DNA of 64,000 nt, taken from Eledone cirrhosa (Eukaryota). The notes under the pieces are model-generated. The model did not search any database. It had not been told where the DNA came from and was given only the letters and a program-made list of their open reading frames with translations. The stretch covers positions 47,368,001 through 47,432,000 of the forward strand of contig OZ024748.1 of assembly GCA_964016885.1 (NCBI GenBank), read 5' to 3'. Below are positions 12,992 to 26,748 of the stretch, piece by piece. The position numbers and the translations under genes are program-made. How positions within the stretch are numbered: the stretch's first letter is position 1; each line of letters starts with the position of its first letter.

Positions 12992-13057
12992 TTTTATTAT
13001 ACGCATTTCGAATACAAAATCATCATGGGACAGATATTGTGTTCTCTTCAGATAAAA
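12992..13057 (-). ncRNA. Type I hammerhead ribozyme motif
   Basis: Minus strand: ttttat CTGAAGA gaacacaa..ttgtattc GAAA tgcgta TA ataaaa. Confidence 0.8.
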
Positions 13058-13807
13058 CATAAGGTACAATGATATGAGACATAATATCACTTGTTTATAG
13101 GAAAGTGTTAAGTCTACATATGACAGAAATATATGTGTTAATACTATAGTAAGAAATAGATAAGAAAATAGAAGAGAAGGAAAGGAAAAAGAAAGAGAAG
13201 GAAGAAAAAAGAAGGAAGAGAGAGAGAGAGAGAGAGACTTTTGATCAGGAACGCTGTCAAATTGAAAACAGCTGTAAATAACGGTTAAAAAATAAATTGA
13301 TGAGGTGTATGTGCGAATATTATAGAAGGTATTCAAATATTAGAGGTCTAAATATAGAAACTGGGTATATTTTTTATATTGGGTTTAAATACTATAATTG
13401 GATTAAGAAATGTAAAAATGTATTAATAAAATAAATATAAAAAGATTTTTATAAAATAAAATAAAAATAGTCTATCTATGTCAAAATTAATAATTTCTAG
13501 TAAAAATAGATATGTGGGGTATACTATTTAATTTTTATTTTATATCAACAATTAAATAAAGGAAATTGCTAGAATGATTTGTAAACGTAGAAAAACTATT
13601 ATAATATGACGTCATCATTTGTTTACAAAATCTACGAAGGTTTGAGCGAAAATCTAAGGCTCTAGAAAAGAAGATCAAAGGCTTAATATATAATGAGAAA
13701 ACCAAAATAATACATTGTAATGAAAGATGTGTAAAGATAACTGACTCATGGAATATGTTATAGCACATCAGCTATATACTTTGTGAAAGGTCTTGTAGGA
13801 TTTATGA

Positions 13808-14230
13808 TTACAAAGTCCAAATAAATCGGTTCTTCGATTTATTAGTGTTGAAATTCGAGATAATGGTAAATTTTTCAACTAGAAATAAATTACAAACACT
13901 AGATATGGAAACATTGTTGTATGGAGATGCGTTGTAGATTTTACGCCAAGAAATTTCGTAATTTATGTTTTTGTCTTTTAAGGACCAAATAAGTTCTGAG
14001 AGTGCGGTGCTGGTCCTTTTAAGTGGAGATTTAAATGTAGAAAAATGATTATAGAATCTTGCTTTAAAGAAGGTAGAAGTAGAGCCAATGTAGGTATAGG
14101 AATTTGTACTAGTTGCCACTTTACATTCGTATACTAGGTTTTTATCGAGACAGAAATTACTAAGAGGACAATTAGTTCTAATAGGGCAGTTGCATTTACG
14201 ATTAAGATTATTTACAGAGTTATTGGCAAA
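13808..14230 (-). pseudogene. PLE GIY-YIG endonuclease domain (C-terminal ORF remnant)
   Basis: CNCPIRTNCPLSNFCLDKNLVYECKV...YIGSTSTFFKARFYNHFSTF...ALSELIWSLKDKNINYEISW...CNLFLVEK shows a CxCx5C motif plus the VY/YIG and R..H signature. Confidence 0.9.
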
Positions 14231-14499
14231 TGGCCCAGGATTAATTATATTAGGATCAGGAGTGGTGGAATTAAATAAAGGAGGTGCTAGAGTTTCTAGA
14301 TTTACATTACTATTTGATGCATTTCTCTCCCTCTCTCTCCCTCTCTCTTCTTCCTTCTCTTTCATTTTCTTTTTTTCTCTTCTTCTTTCCTTTTCTTCTA
14401 TTTTCCTATCTATTTCTTACTATAGTATTAATACATATATAGACTTAGCACTTTCCAATAAACAAGTGCTATTATGCCTCATATCATTGTACCTTATTT

Positions 14500-14560
14500 T
14501 TTTATCTGAAGAGAACAAAATATCTGTCCCAGGAGGATTTTCGAAATACGTATAATAAAA
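14500..14560 (+). ncRNA. Type I hammerhead ribozyme motif
   Basis: ttttat CTGAAGA gaa..ttc GAAA tacgta TA ataaaa, with palindromic TACGTA in loop III. Confidence 0.8.
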
Positions 14561-14600
14561 TGTATGGAACTCTTATAACCATCTTTTATTTCATCTTTAT

Positions 14601-14671
<71 letters not shown>

Positions 14672-15242
14672 AGAGAGAGAGAGAGACATATACATACAGG
14701 CATATATACATATAATATACTTTAATGTGTCATTGCCTGTATCTGTTCGTTTACATGGGCGTGAGCTAGCATGCCAGCATGTACGTGCATGTGTGTGTGT
14801 GTATGTGTGTGTGACATCATTCTATATGCAGACGTTCTTTATTCAATGATCGTTGAGCGTTCTTCGGAATGAGTGATGCGAGAGTTGTGAAATCGTGCAT
14901 TCATTAATTTCAGCTCTTCTTGTTTTTCCAGTCACTATGTTGAAAATTCAAACTCATTTGATCATTCCATGAGAGTATCTTGCTCAATCTATGAACCTTT
15001 CAGCCAAATCTCGTTTACCAACAAAGAGGTCACGTAATGGATTTAAAATCAGAACTCCGAAATCTTAAGAAATTCTGCCACCCCAACGGCACTCTAGTTT
15101 CGTACTTTATTTATCGACTCCTAAATAAATAAAGGCAAAGTTCGCCGCTTTTCAGATTCAAGCTCGAAAGAGTGGAAACTGTGTAAAAAGCTTATTTTTT
15201 TTTATTTTACAGAACCGGGAGCTGAACGAATTAAAAAATAAA

Positions 15243-15427
15243 ATAATTGTTTCTACTTTTGGCACAAGGCCAGTAATTACTTAGTGCATTACTGGTACTC
15301 TTTTTTATCGACCCCGTAAGGAGGAAAGGCAAAGTTAACCTTGGCGGGATTTGAACTCAGAATGGAAAGGGTCGTAACTCTATGCTAAAAAGCATGGGGT
15401 CCGACCCTCTACCGATACTGCCAATCC
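15243..15427 (-). mobile_element. tRNA-derived SINE (an older fragment also lies at about 15085-15175)
   Basis: Same A-box, B-box, core and tail as the other copies. Confidence 0.85.
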
Positions 15428-16157
15428 AAATAATGGAGCTCTTACAGCTGAGAGGGACATAGAGTTGATAAATGTGTCCGAACACGGAAGAGCTGAACTC
15501 CCACTGTCATTGGCCCCATCTCTCTCGCCCTTACCATCTCTCTGTATTATGAGCAAATGGGGTCCCATCTGCCGGTTGCTCCACGTTCCCAGCGGACAGA
15601 ATCGAGAAGGCTTTTCCCCGGAAGATGATAAGGGAGATGCAGTAACGCATGTCGCCAAAATATCTAAGATCACCGCAATTCCTCGTCGCTAGAACGCTAC
15701 TGTATTAATGAACTCGCGGATGATTTGAACTCAGTTCTCTAGAGACAACATCAATTACTAAACGATATTTCGTCCAACGCTCTTTTACATCTACCAAATA
15801 ATTTATCTATATTTATTGAAGTCACTCATATTTTTTCTTTGGTGTTTTTTTTTTAATGTTGTTTTTTGTTTTTGTTCATATTTCTCTTGCTGCTGATGGT
15901 GACATTATTGCTGTTGCTGCTGCTGCTGCTTTTTTTTTTTTTTTTTTTTAGTTGACAGTCATCACGAAATAAAAGGTTTCAGATGAAAAGAAAAACTTTT
16001 TAAGAAAACCCATATTTGACTTACAGTTGAACGACGCTAAAACGTACTTATTTCAAACATATTTTGAGACTAAATGTTATGTATTTATGTTTGATTCTTT
16101 TTGCTTTAGACACACACATACACACGTATGTATATGTATGTTTGTTTGAGTATCTTT

Positions 16158-16198
<41 letters not shown>

Positions 16199-16437
16199 AT
16201 ATATTACTTCCATATACTGTCGCGTTTGTTTTGTTCTTACTTTAAACAAACACACATATATATCTATATAAAAACATACATAATATATATACATATAAAA
16301 TATATATATACATACATAATACATAACTACATAAATAATACATATATATATTATATATATAAATATTATATATATATAATATATAATATATATATTATAT
16401 ATTTAATATATAATATATATATATTATATATATATAA

Positions 16438-16559
<122 letters not shown>

Positions 16560-16888
16560 TATATAGACATAATATATATATATATATAGTAATAATATAT
16601 ATATATATAGTAATAATAATAAATTCTGTCTAATGCTTATTGATACCTTGAGTATATTTAAGAGATAAATTTTATTGTGTGAAAAAATGTCATTGTTTAT
16701 TCTGTGATGTTCGGTAAATAATCTCAGAAGAGAATTTGGCAGAGTGAGCAGTTGGGTTAAAGTGGGAGGGGGGAATGATAGGATAAGGGGTAAAGTGAGA
16801 GGGGGAGTGAAAGGGTGAGGGGTGAAGTGAGAGGTGATATGAAAACTATGAACGACAGATATTATCTAGAAAGATTGATGGATATACA

Positions 16889-16968
<80 letters not shown>

Positions 16969-16980
16969 TATATGTATACA

Positions 16981-17040
<60 letters not shown>

Positions 17041-17079
17041 TGTATATGTATATATAGATGTATATATATATAAACATGC

Positions 17080-17110
<31 letters not shown>

Positions 17111-17303
17111 CATATACATGCATATATATTTTTTATATATATATATATACATATACATGCATATATATATTTTATATATATATATATATATAAGATATAT
17201 ATGCATGTATATGTATATATATATATATAAAAGATTTGCATATATATATTTGCATGTATATATATGTATATATATATATATATTTGCATGTATATATATA
17301 TGC

Positions 17304-17359
<56 letters not shown>

Positions 17360-17466
17360 CTATATATGCATGTATATATATATATGCATGTATATATATA
17401 TATGCATGTATATATATATATATATATATGCACCCGTATATATATGTATAAATATATGCATGAACA

Positions 17467-17529
<63 letters not shown>

Positions 17530-17613
17530 GTGTGTGTGTGTGTGTGTGTATGTGTGTGTGTTTTATCTATATCTTTAGTGAGAAACAGATTGTTATATAG
17601 ATAGATAGATAGT

Positions 17614-17728
<115 letters not shown>

Positions 17729-17924
17729 TAGTCTGGTTAATAACAGAGATAAGGTAGAGATCAAATAACTGAAGATATACAAAGGAAAGAAGAGGAAAGT
17801 TAGAGGACAATATTAATAACAATAACTGCTGTGACGATATCATCAACGACAACACCTCCACCACTAACAACAACAACAACAACAACATCGTCAACTTCAA
17901 CAACAGCAACACTAACAACGGTCA

Positions 17925-18860
17925 CAACAGCAACAAAAACATCGACAGCAACACAACAAACGTCAACAACAACACCAACAACAACGCCAACAACAACAAT
18001 AGACACAACAGCAACAAAATCTTTGACACCACCACCACCGCCATCACACCACAAACGTCAACAACACCAACAACAACAACGCCAACAACAACGATAGACA
18101 CAACAGCAACAAAATCTTTGACACCACCACCACCACCGCCATCACACCACAAACGTCAACAACACCAACAACAACGCCAACAACAACGATAGACACAACA
18201 GCAACAAAATCTTTGACACCACCACCACCGCCATCACACCACAAACGTCAACAACACCAACAACAACAACGCCAACAACAACGATAGACACAACAGCAAC
18301 AAAATCTTTGACACCACCACCACCACCGCCATCACACCACAAACGTCAACAACACCAACAACGCCAACAACAACAATAGACACAACAGCAACAAAATCTT
18401 TGACACCACCACTACCACCGCCACCACACCACAAACGTCAACAACAACACCAACAACAACGCCAACAACAACAATAGACACAACAGCAACAAAATCTTTG
18501 ACACCACCACCACCGCCACCACACAACAAACGTCAACAACAACACCAACAACAACGCCAACAACAACAATAGACACAACAGCAACAAAATCTTTGACACC
18601 ACCACCACCGCCACCACACAACAAACGTCAACAACAACACCAACAACAACGCCAACAACAACAATAGACACAACAGCAACAAAATCTTTGACACCACCAC
18701 CACCGCCACCACACAACAAACGTCAACAACAACATCAACAACAACGCCAACAACAACGATAGACACAACAGCAACAAAATCTTTGACACCACCACCACCG
18801 CCATCACACCACAAACGTCAACAACAACACCAACAACAACGCCAACAACAACAATAGACG
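17925..18860. repeat. Minisatellite, 92-98-bp unit, about 10 copies
   Basis: Unit aaacgtcaacaac..atagacacaacagcaacaaaatctttgacaccaccacc..cacc is repeated head to tail. Confidence 0.95.
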
Positions 18861-18939
18861 CAACACCACCACAACCACCACCACCACCACCACCACCACC
18901 ACCACCACCACGCCACCATCACCAACGTCAACAACAGCA

Positions 18940-19700
18940 TCAACAACAACGACAACAACAACAATAATGGCAACAGCAACAAAACCTTCGACAACAACAA
19001 CACCAACACCACCACCACCAACGCCAACAACAGCACCAACAACAACAACAATAATAGCAACAGCAACAAAACCTTCGACAACAACAACACCAACACCACC
19101 ACCACCAACGCCAACAACAGCACCAACAACAACAACAATAATAGCAACAGCAACAAAACCATCGACAACACCACCACCAACAGCAACAACAACAACAGCA
19201 ACAAAATCAACTACGACAGCTTCATACCAACAACAACAACAATACTAAGAACAACATCGGAAACACACTACCGCCGCAGCCACCACCACTCCCACCACCA
19301 CCACGACTACCACCACCACCATCACTACCACTAGCAAGACCACCACCACCACCACTACCACCACCACCACCACCAGCAACACTACCACCACCACCACCAC
19401 CACCACACCAGCAACACTACCACCACCAGCAGGACCATCACCACCACTACTACCATCACCACCACTACCACCACCACCACCGTCAACAGCAACATTAACA
19501 TCAACAAATAATGGCAGCCACAACAACAAAAACAACTACGATAGCATCTTATCACCAACAACAACAAGAACAACATCGGAAACACCACCAGCACCACCTC
19601 CACAACCACCACCACCACACCACTACCACCACCACTATACCACTAGCACCACCACCACACCACCACCACCACACAACAACAACAACAGCAACAGCATTAT
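18940..19700. repeat. 78-bp tandem repeat followed by (CAC/CAA)n
   Basis: acagcaacaaaaccttcgacaac recurs at 78-bp spacing. Confidence 0.85.
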
Positions 19701-20144
19701 ATATTAACAAAAATAAAACAATATATATTACTTTTCACAAAGCTGCAATATCAATTTTATTTCCTTCATTATTGTTCGCATCTATGACAAACCTGCGCAA
19801 TATCCGCCATATTGCTTTGATAAGAAAAAAAAATATTAAAGAAGAGAAATAGCCATGTGGTTAGAGAACTCTCTTGTTTAGAGGATGATAAGATAAAACT
19901 ATTACTGCCGCTTTGTTCTTCTTGTTAAAGCTGTTGTTGTTCTTGTAGATGGTGTTGTTTTTCTTGTAGATATTGTTGTTGTGCGACTGTTTTGGTCTGT
20001 TGCCTCTCATATTTTTTCAGATATTTCTCTCTCTTTCTTCCCTTCAGTATTTAACCTGCTGCTCTCTCTTTCTCTGTCTCTATCCAATCTTCTTCTCCCT
20101 TACTTTATCTCTGTACGCACACACACGTACACACACACACACAC

Positions 20145-20194
<50 letters not shown>

Positions 20195-20195
<1 letters not shown>

Positions 20196-20392
20196 GTAAA
20201 AGAGTCAGGACCCCGACGGTTGAGCTTCGGCCGTTTCGACAGCTAGATCCAAACTCTTCGGATCTATCTGTTGAAACGGCCGGAGCTCAGTCGCCGGGAC
20301 CTTGACTCTTTTCCTATTACCTACTCTACTACCCTAAGTATTGAGTACTCTGGTGCGTTATGGTCCACCTGGTATCTTTCCACCTCTCTTTG

Positions 20393-20394
<2 letters not shown>
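20195..20394 (+). mobile_element. PLE-like family F1 fold-back copy (diverged)
   Basis: Inverted repeat around loop aaactctt, tail ...taagtattgagtactctggtgcgttatggtcc, and (TA)n flanks. Confidence 0.8.
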
Positions 20395-20478
<84 letters not shown>

Positions 20479-20663
20479 GTAATAAACAACATAAAATGAT
20501 TATTTCATTTACCAGTGGCTTCTTGAAAGCAAATAAATCTGCTTTCAGTCGTTAGAATGAAAAAATCGTGGTTTTTTTTTTTAATGTGGATTAGAAAAGT
20601 AATAAGCTCTGTAACCTACAAAGAGCACTCTTTTTTCCTGGACCTTTCCGACGGAATTACTTC

Positions 20664-20700
<37 letters not shown>

Positions 20701-21039
20701 AATATCTATAAGTCGTTTGGAAGCCTCGACAATGCAAATGGGTAAATCTCCGGGTAACAAGGTCCGGTGGTGGAGAGAGAGATGTAAGTGGGTGTACGTT
20801 GAGATGCGTGGTGTGTATAAGATGTGTGAGATGTGTAGAATGAAGGGAAGAGTAAAAGGATAAAAATAATAATAACAACACAAGAGAGAGTTACCTTGGG
20901 AGAGATTTAATAGTCCCTATATATTTCGGATTCACATCCATCAACTGGGGTTTTTTTCCGGGGTGGGGGAAAAGGTTGTCTGTCGGACAAGTCCGGAAGG
21001 CGTCTTTCGCTGTTTGCTGATTTGAATATATATATATAT

Positions 21040-21350
21040 AGGGCTTACCTCTATTTCCCCAAAGCATGGTACTAATAAGACTGTTTTTGAATCTCTGTAT
21101 TCGTGTTGTCATTCCTTTATGTATGTATGTATAGTAATCTGCATTGTAATTTACATTCCTTCCTGTGGGTACTCTCTGAAGCAAACGTCCCCAATTGATC
21201 CGGCTGGATCACCATGACCTGCCACAGTGAATTCTTTGGTCGGTCGTGCTGCGTGTAGGACGAAATCTATACTGTTCATTAGCTATCTTGTACTCGACAA
21301 TCCCCTTACATCTCTTTGCCAGACACATAGCAATTTTAAACATCATACAT
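21040..21350 (-). pseudogene. Possible heavily decayed PLE endonuclease fragment
   Basis: NVNYNADYYTYIHKGMTTRIQRFKNSL loosely resembles NVIY..TYIGMT..FKQRF.NH. It is bounded by (TA)n. Confidence 0.3.
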
Positions 21351-21569
21351 ATATATATATTATATATAAATTCCCTGCCTCATGCAAGAGCTGAGACATT
21401 GTCCCAGTTATCAGCTAGGGCAAGATCTAATCGATCATTTGAGAGCGCAAAGAACGTATTTGTTATTTTTAACATGGCCCCGTAGATCACATTCCTCCTT
21501 CTCAAGCTTGTATGACAGCTTCCAGTTTTCTCTCTACATAGTAAAACTAAACATTTATTCTTTTGTTGC

Positions 21570-21600
<31 letters not shown>

Positions 21601-21741
21601 GCTGTTGTGTTGTTGCTGTTGTGTTGTTGCTGTTGCTGCTGTTATCCTTCTATTGCTTTTGTTGCTGTTGCTGTTGTTGTTGTTGTTGTTGCTGTTGTGT
21701 TGTTGTAGTTGCTGCTGTTATCCTTCTATTGCTTTTGTTAC

Positions 21742-21814
<73 letters not shown>

Positions 21815-22329
21815 GCTGCTGCTGCTGTTATCCTTCTATTGCTTTTGTTGCTATTGCTGTTGTTGTTGTTGCTATCACTAGATGTGCCGTTTAAATAGAC
21901 CACATCATTGTCAATAGAAGTGTCGTTATACCTTGTTTAAAGTATATATTTTCTATAAAATCTTCTTGTTAGTTTTCCATTATTTTCAGTAAGTTTAAAC
22001 TTTACATTCACCTTCAACACTTTAGTTTATGTAGAAGTTCACGTAGTCATTACGTACCTGTATGTAGTACATTCTATAAAAGTAGGTTTGTTATTTTTTG
22101 TTGCAGCTTTTTTTCTATAAAACAGACATTTTGTGTGTGTACTCTGTTTGGGCAGATGTCCAGATTGGTGAACAACATTTTGAAAGAAAAATATAATTTT
22201 TTTTTATTTTACTTTCAAGCAATTTCTCTTGGAAAATAGAGAATCCTTAAGAATGATATAAAAATATCTCTCTTTTAGAGAAAATTGATAGTAGAAATAA
22301 TAGTAATACTAGTAATTAAAATATTCATT

Positions 22330-22805
22330 TAGCCGGGAAGGGCAGGCAGTTTTTATCTGTCTGGTGGAGGGCTGAAGACGAGAACTTACCTCTTCGGTGA
22401 TGCCCTGATTAACTTTTTCAAATTTCATTTAAAAAGGAAAATCAGGGTAGAAAGGGAAGTGCTCTCTTCCCAGCATTTTGTTGAAAGATGGGTGAGAGAG
22501 GCAAGAATGGCCCGAGTGAATGGGCCTACTCTGAGTATGTGTCTGTAAATTAAAGGTGGAAAACTGGGAGAGGGCACTTGCCCTGGTGGCCAGGGTCACT
22601 GTGGCTTTTTAATGGGCTTTCTCCACGAATGTCCCTCGGAAGTCTCCCCCCTATTGGGGAATTTTTTCATTGTTCTATTATTACATCCTCTGTTTCTTGT
22701 TTTTTTACACGCAGAAATGCCCATTTCTACCGCCCTGTATTGTCCTGTACTGTCCTTAATGTCTACTTTATGTAGACCCTTGTGGTTAATAAAGAAAGCA
22801 TTATT
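22330..22805 (+). mobile_element. Tx1/L1-type LINE 3' fragment
   Basis: Near-identical to 23598-24088 and ends in aataaagaaagc(att)n. Confidence 0.85.
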
Positions 22806-22890
22806 ATTACTCTTATTATTATTATTATTATTTGCATTTATCTTGCTTTATGTTTATACGAGTTATCACCAAGTCACAACCAGTGACCTC

Positions 22891-22946
<56 letters not shown>

Positions 22947-22948
<2 letters not shown>

Positions 22949-23130
22949 GGCAGTATCGGTAGAGGGTCGGACGCCATGCTTTGACGCATAGAGTTACGGC
23001 CCTTGCCATTCTGAGTTCAAATCCCGCCGAATTTAACTTTGCCTTTCATCCCTACGGGGTCGATAAAATAAAGTACCAGTAATGCACTGGAGTAATTGCT
23101 GGCCTTGTGCCAAAAGTAGAAACAATTATT
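22947..23130 (+). mobile_element. tRNA-derived SINE
   Basis: tggcagtatcggtagagggtcggacgcc...gagttcaaatcccgcc...gtagaaacaattatt, inserted in (ATT)n. Confidence 0.9.
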
Positions 23131-23134
23131 ATTA

Positions 23135-24088
23135 AGCGCTTGGAGCGCTTGGAGACTGGAATGTCTTCAGGCGCTCACTGCCATCGACCAGTAGGGCAAC
23201 GTGATCGTTGGAAACTCCACCTTGGCGTTCTATAGAGGATTAGTGGAGGGGAAGAGCGACGACGTACTTGGGGAAACTCTAGGCGTCGACGAAAATCAAC
23301 TAGCCAATCTCTTCGGAAGAACCTTCGGGCCGGGCCCTATGGACAACTTCCAGATATCCCTGCAGTGCTACCGAGGAGCTTTGCCAGTTCGGGATAAACT
23401 CTACAGGCATGGAAGTGCCGTCAACCGGACATGTCCGAGATGCGCGCAGGGCGACGAAACCGTCCTGCATGCATTTGACCAGTGTCCGAGCATTGCTGAC
23501 TTGTGTGTTCATGTCGAACACCTGCTGTTGCATGTAGATCGGATCCGACTATCAGCTGAGTCCATCGTGAGGATTGCCCCACCCTCTTCCTTTAGGCGGG
23601 AAGGGCAGGCAGTTTTTATCTGTCTGGTGGCCATGGCGAAAGAGATAGTATGGTGGACGCTGAAGACGAGCACTTACCTCTTCGGTGATGCCCTGATTAA
23701 CTTTTTCAAATTTCATTTAAAAAGGAAAATCAGGGTAGAAAGGGAAGTGCTCTCTTCCCAGCATTTTGTTGAAAGATGGGTGAGAGAGGTAAGAATGGCC
23801 CGAGTGAATGGGCCTACTCTGAGTATGTGTCTGTAAATTAAAGGTGGAAAACTGGGAGAGGGCAATTGCCCTGGTGGTCAGGGTCACCGTGGCTTTTTTT
23901 AATGGGCTTTCTCCACGATGGCCCTCGGAAGTCTCCCCCTATTGTGAAATGTTTCATTGTTCCTTTTTTTGTTACATCCTCTGTTTATGTTTTTTTTTAC
24001 ACGCAGAAATGCCCATTTGTACCGTCCTGTATTGCCCTGTACTGTCCTTAATGTATCACTTTGTGTAAACGCTTGTGGTTAATAAAGA
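23135..24088 (+). mobile_element. Tx1/L1-type LINE, 5'-truncated (zinc-knuckle C-terminus + 3' UTR)
   Basis: ORF 23201-23836 contains LPVRDKLYRHG...CPRCAQGDETVLHAFDQC, a CCHC zf-RVT-type motif. Confidence 0.9.
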
Positions 24089-24138
24089 TAATAATAATAA
24101 TAATAATAATGCTTTCTTTATTAACCACAAGCGTTTAC

Positions 24139-25795
24139 TGCAGTGGCTGGAGCTGTTGCAGGGCATCCCGCTCGGACCGGGACGTGGAAGGGCGGTGTCG
24201 GCTTATGCGGACGACATCACCGTGATGGTGTCGAACAACTCAGAAATCGAGGTGGTCGGCACCTTATGGAAGGAATATGAAAGGTTGACAGAAGCCAAAC
24301 TTAACCCGGAAAAGTCGGTGGGCTTGCAGCTCTGAACATGGAGAGGCTATCCCATGCCGTCCAACAGCGTCGTGGGGCGCTGAACGGGCGGACCGGTAAA
24401 GTTGCTCTGGGTTTGGTTCGGACCAGACCTCCAGGTGGAAAAGAATTGGGACGAGGTAACGAGCAGAGTAGCCAGTCTCACCCAAAAATGGGCTGGGATG
24501 AAGCTATCACTGAAAGGTCGGGCGGAGGTGGCGAACGCGTACATCGCGTCCATCATCTACTACCACCTGACCGTCGTGCCTTGCCCTCGTCTGCGCCTCG
24601 TCAAGTTGGAGTGGCTCCTCTTCAAATTCTGGTGGATGGGACAAGTTCCGTTGGTGAGGCGGTCCATCTGCTGCCAGCATCCTCTACGGGGAGGGCTGGG
24701 CATGCCGAGGCTAATGATGCGCAGACATGCGTTGTGGCTGCGGCATCTCTAGATATTCTGCCTAAACGGTGAACAGGTGTGGTCGCCGTTTGTCAGACGG
24801 GCCTTTCCGCAGCTAGTTTCTTTGACTGAGCTGCAGTCAAGAAGAGACCGAGACTGGGTGACTGGCATCTGGAATGTTGCCAGGCACTCACTTTCTTCTA
24901 CCAGGCGGGCAATGCGGTCAGTGGAACTTCCACTCTCGAGTTCTATAGAGGATTAGTGGTGGGCAAGTGCGACGACGCACTCGGAGAGGCTCTGGGAGTC
25001 AACGAAGTCGAACTAAGCAATCTGTACTGGAGGACTTTCGAGCCGGGGACGATGGATAATTTCCAAAACTTCCTCGCTTGGCAGTGCTACCGGAGGGCAC
25101 TGCCGGTTCGAGATAAACTCTACAGGCACGGAAGTGCTGTCAGACGGACCTGCCCGAGATCGCGCAGAGCGACGAAACCGTTCTGCATTACTGACTTGTG
25201 GAGTTATGTTTAACAGCTGTTGACGCGTGTAGAACGGATCTGGCTATCGGCCGATTCCATAGTGTCGATCGACCCGCCGCCTTCTTTTGGCCAGGAAGGG
25301 CAGGCAGTTTTCCTCTGTCTGGTGACAGTAGCGAAAGAAGTTGTATGGTGGACGAGGTTGAAAGGACTGAAGACAGACACTTTTCTCTTCGGCCAATCCC
25401 TCATCAACTTTTTCAAGTTTCACTTGGAAAGGAATGTGATGGTGGAGAGAGAAGTGCTACCCTCCAGTACATTTGCTGAAAGGTGGGTGAATGTGGCTAG
25501 AATGGCCCGTATGAGTGGGCCTACTATGGTCATGCGGCTGTAGGTAGGTAAATTTGAGGAGGAGAGGGGTGCCCTTCCAGGATGCTCTCGAAGCGTTGGG
25601 TCGTTCATGATTGGTGGAGTACCTGAACGAACCCTGGGTGGTCAACCCTCCTATTGGGGAATTTTTTCTTGTTGTAATTTTCTTGTTAATTTGATATTGT
25701 TATTCATATTGTTTGCTCGATTTTTCTGTAAAACCCCACTGTCCCAGTCTTTTGTATTGTCCCCTATATGTCGGCCCTTGTGGCCAATAAATGAA
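24139..25795 (+). mobile_element. Tx1/L1-type LINE, 5'-truncated within RT and frameshifted
   Basis: VSAYADDITV (RT YADD), AKLNPEKS, LGVWFG-like LWVWFG, LSLKGRAEVAN, GGLGMP, then the same C-terminus ending at 25543. Multiple stops and frameshifts. Confidence 0.92.
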
Positions 25796-25804
25796 ATCAT
25801 TATT

Positions 25805-25950
25805 TGCAGCACAGTTACGTCCCTTTACGGATTGCGTTCAAATCCCGCCGAGGTTAACTTTGCTTTTCATCCTTACGGGGTCGATAAAATAAAGCACCAG
25901 TAATGCACTGGGATAGTTGCTGGCCTTGTGCCAAAAGTAGTCACAGTTAT
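25805..25950 (+). mobile_element. tRNA-derived SINE, 5'-truncated
   Basis: B-box gttcaaatccc, core and tail are present. Confidence 0.8.
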
Positions 25951-25996
25951 TATTGTTATAGTGATGATGGTTATGATGATGACGAAGATGACCACT

Positions 25997-26029
<33 letters not shown>

Positions 26030-26137
26030 GTAATAATGGCGATGATGGTGAAGACGATGATGATATAATAGTAGCAGCAGCAGCAGCAACAGTAGTAGTA
26101 GTAGCAGTAGCAGCAGCAGCAGTATTATTATTATTAT

Positions 26138-26182
<45 letters not shown>

Positions 26183-26199
26183 CAGCAGCAGCAGCAGTT

Positions 26200-26239
<40 letters not shown>

Positions 26240-26334
26240 AAAAATAAATAAAAAAACCAATAATAATAATAGTAATAACTTCAACTAAAAATTAAGAGCG
26301 GATGTAGGAGAAGGAACGCCAGACAGAAAGAAAT

Positions 26335-26748
26335 GAAGAAGGAAACTGCAACTAAATAGAGGAAAGAAAGGAAGGAAAGAAGGAAAGAAAGGAAGGAAAG
26401 AGAGAAGGGAAGAAGGAAAGAGAGAAGGAAAGAACGAAAAGAAAGGAACGAAAGAAGGAAAGAAAGGAAGGAAAGAAGGAAAGAGAGAAGGGAAGAGGAA
26501 AGAGAGAAGGAAAGAACGAAAAGAAAGGAAGGAAAGAAGGAAAGAGAGAAGGAAAGAACGAAAAGAAAGGAACGAAAGAAGGAAAGAAAGGAAGGAAAGA
26601 AGGAAAGAGAGAAGGGAAGAGGAAAGAGAGAAGAAAAGAAGGAAAGAGAGAAGGGAAGAAGGAAAGAGAGAAGAAAAGAAGGAAAGAGAGAAGGAAAGAA
26701 GGAAAGAGAGAAGGGAAGAAGGAAAGAGAGAAGGGAAGAAGGAAAGGT
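26335..26748. repeat. Purine-rich (GAAA/GGAA) low-complexity repeat
   Basis: Recurrent gaaggaaagagagaag units. Confidence 0.9.

Larger units (their letters stand above)
12880..14605 (-). mobile_element. 5'-truncated Penelope-like retroelement (Naiad-type) with inverted pseudo-LTR
   Basis: GIY-YIG ORF remnant inside an inverted repeat (about 12945-13238/14325-14605), one HHR per arm, tail at 12880-12945, and (TA)n/(GA)n flanks. Confidence 0.9.

Noticed and set aside
17925-18860. CRISPR-like regular repeats
   Set aside because: The units are contiguous tandem repeats without unique spacers, the context is eukaryotic, and no cas genes are present.
22948-23030. tRNA gene
   Set aside because: The A and B boxes belong to the SINE head. 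I found no cloverleaf, and the SINE body follows directly.
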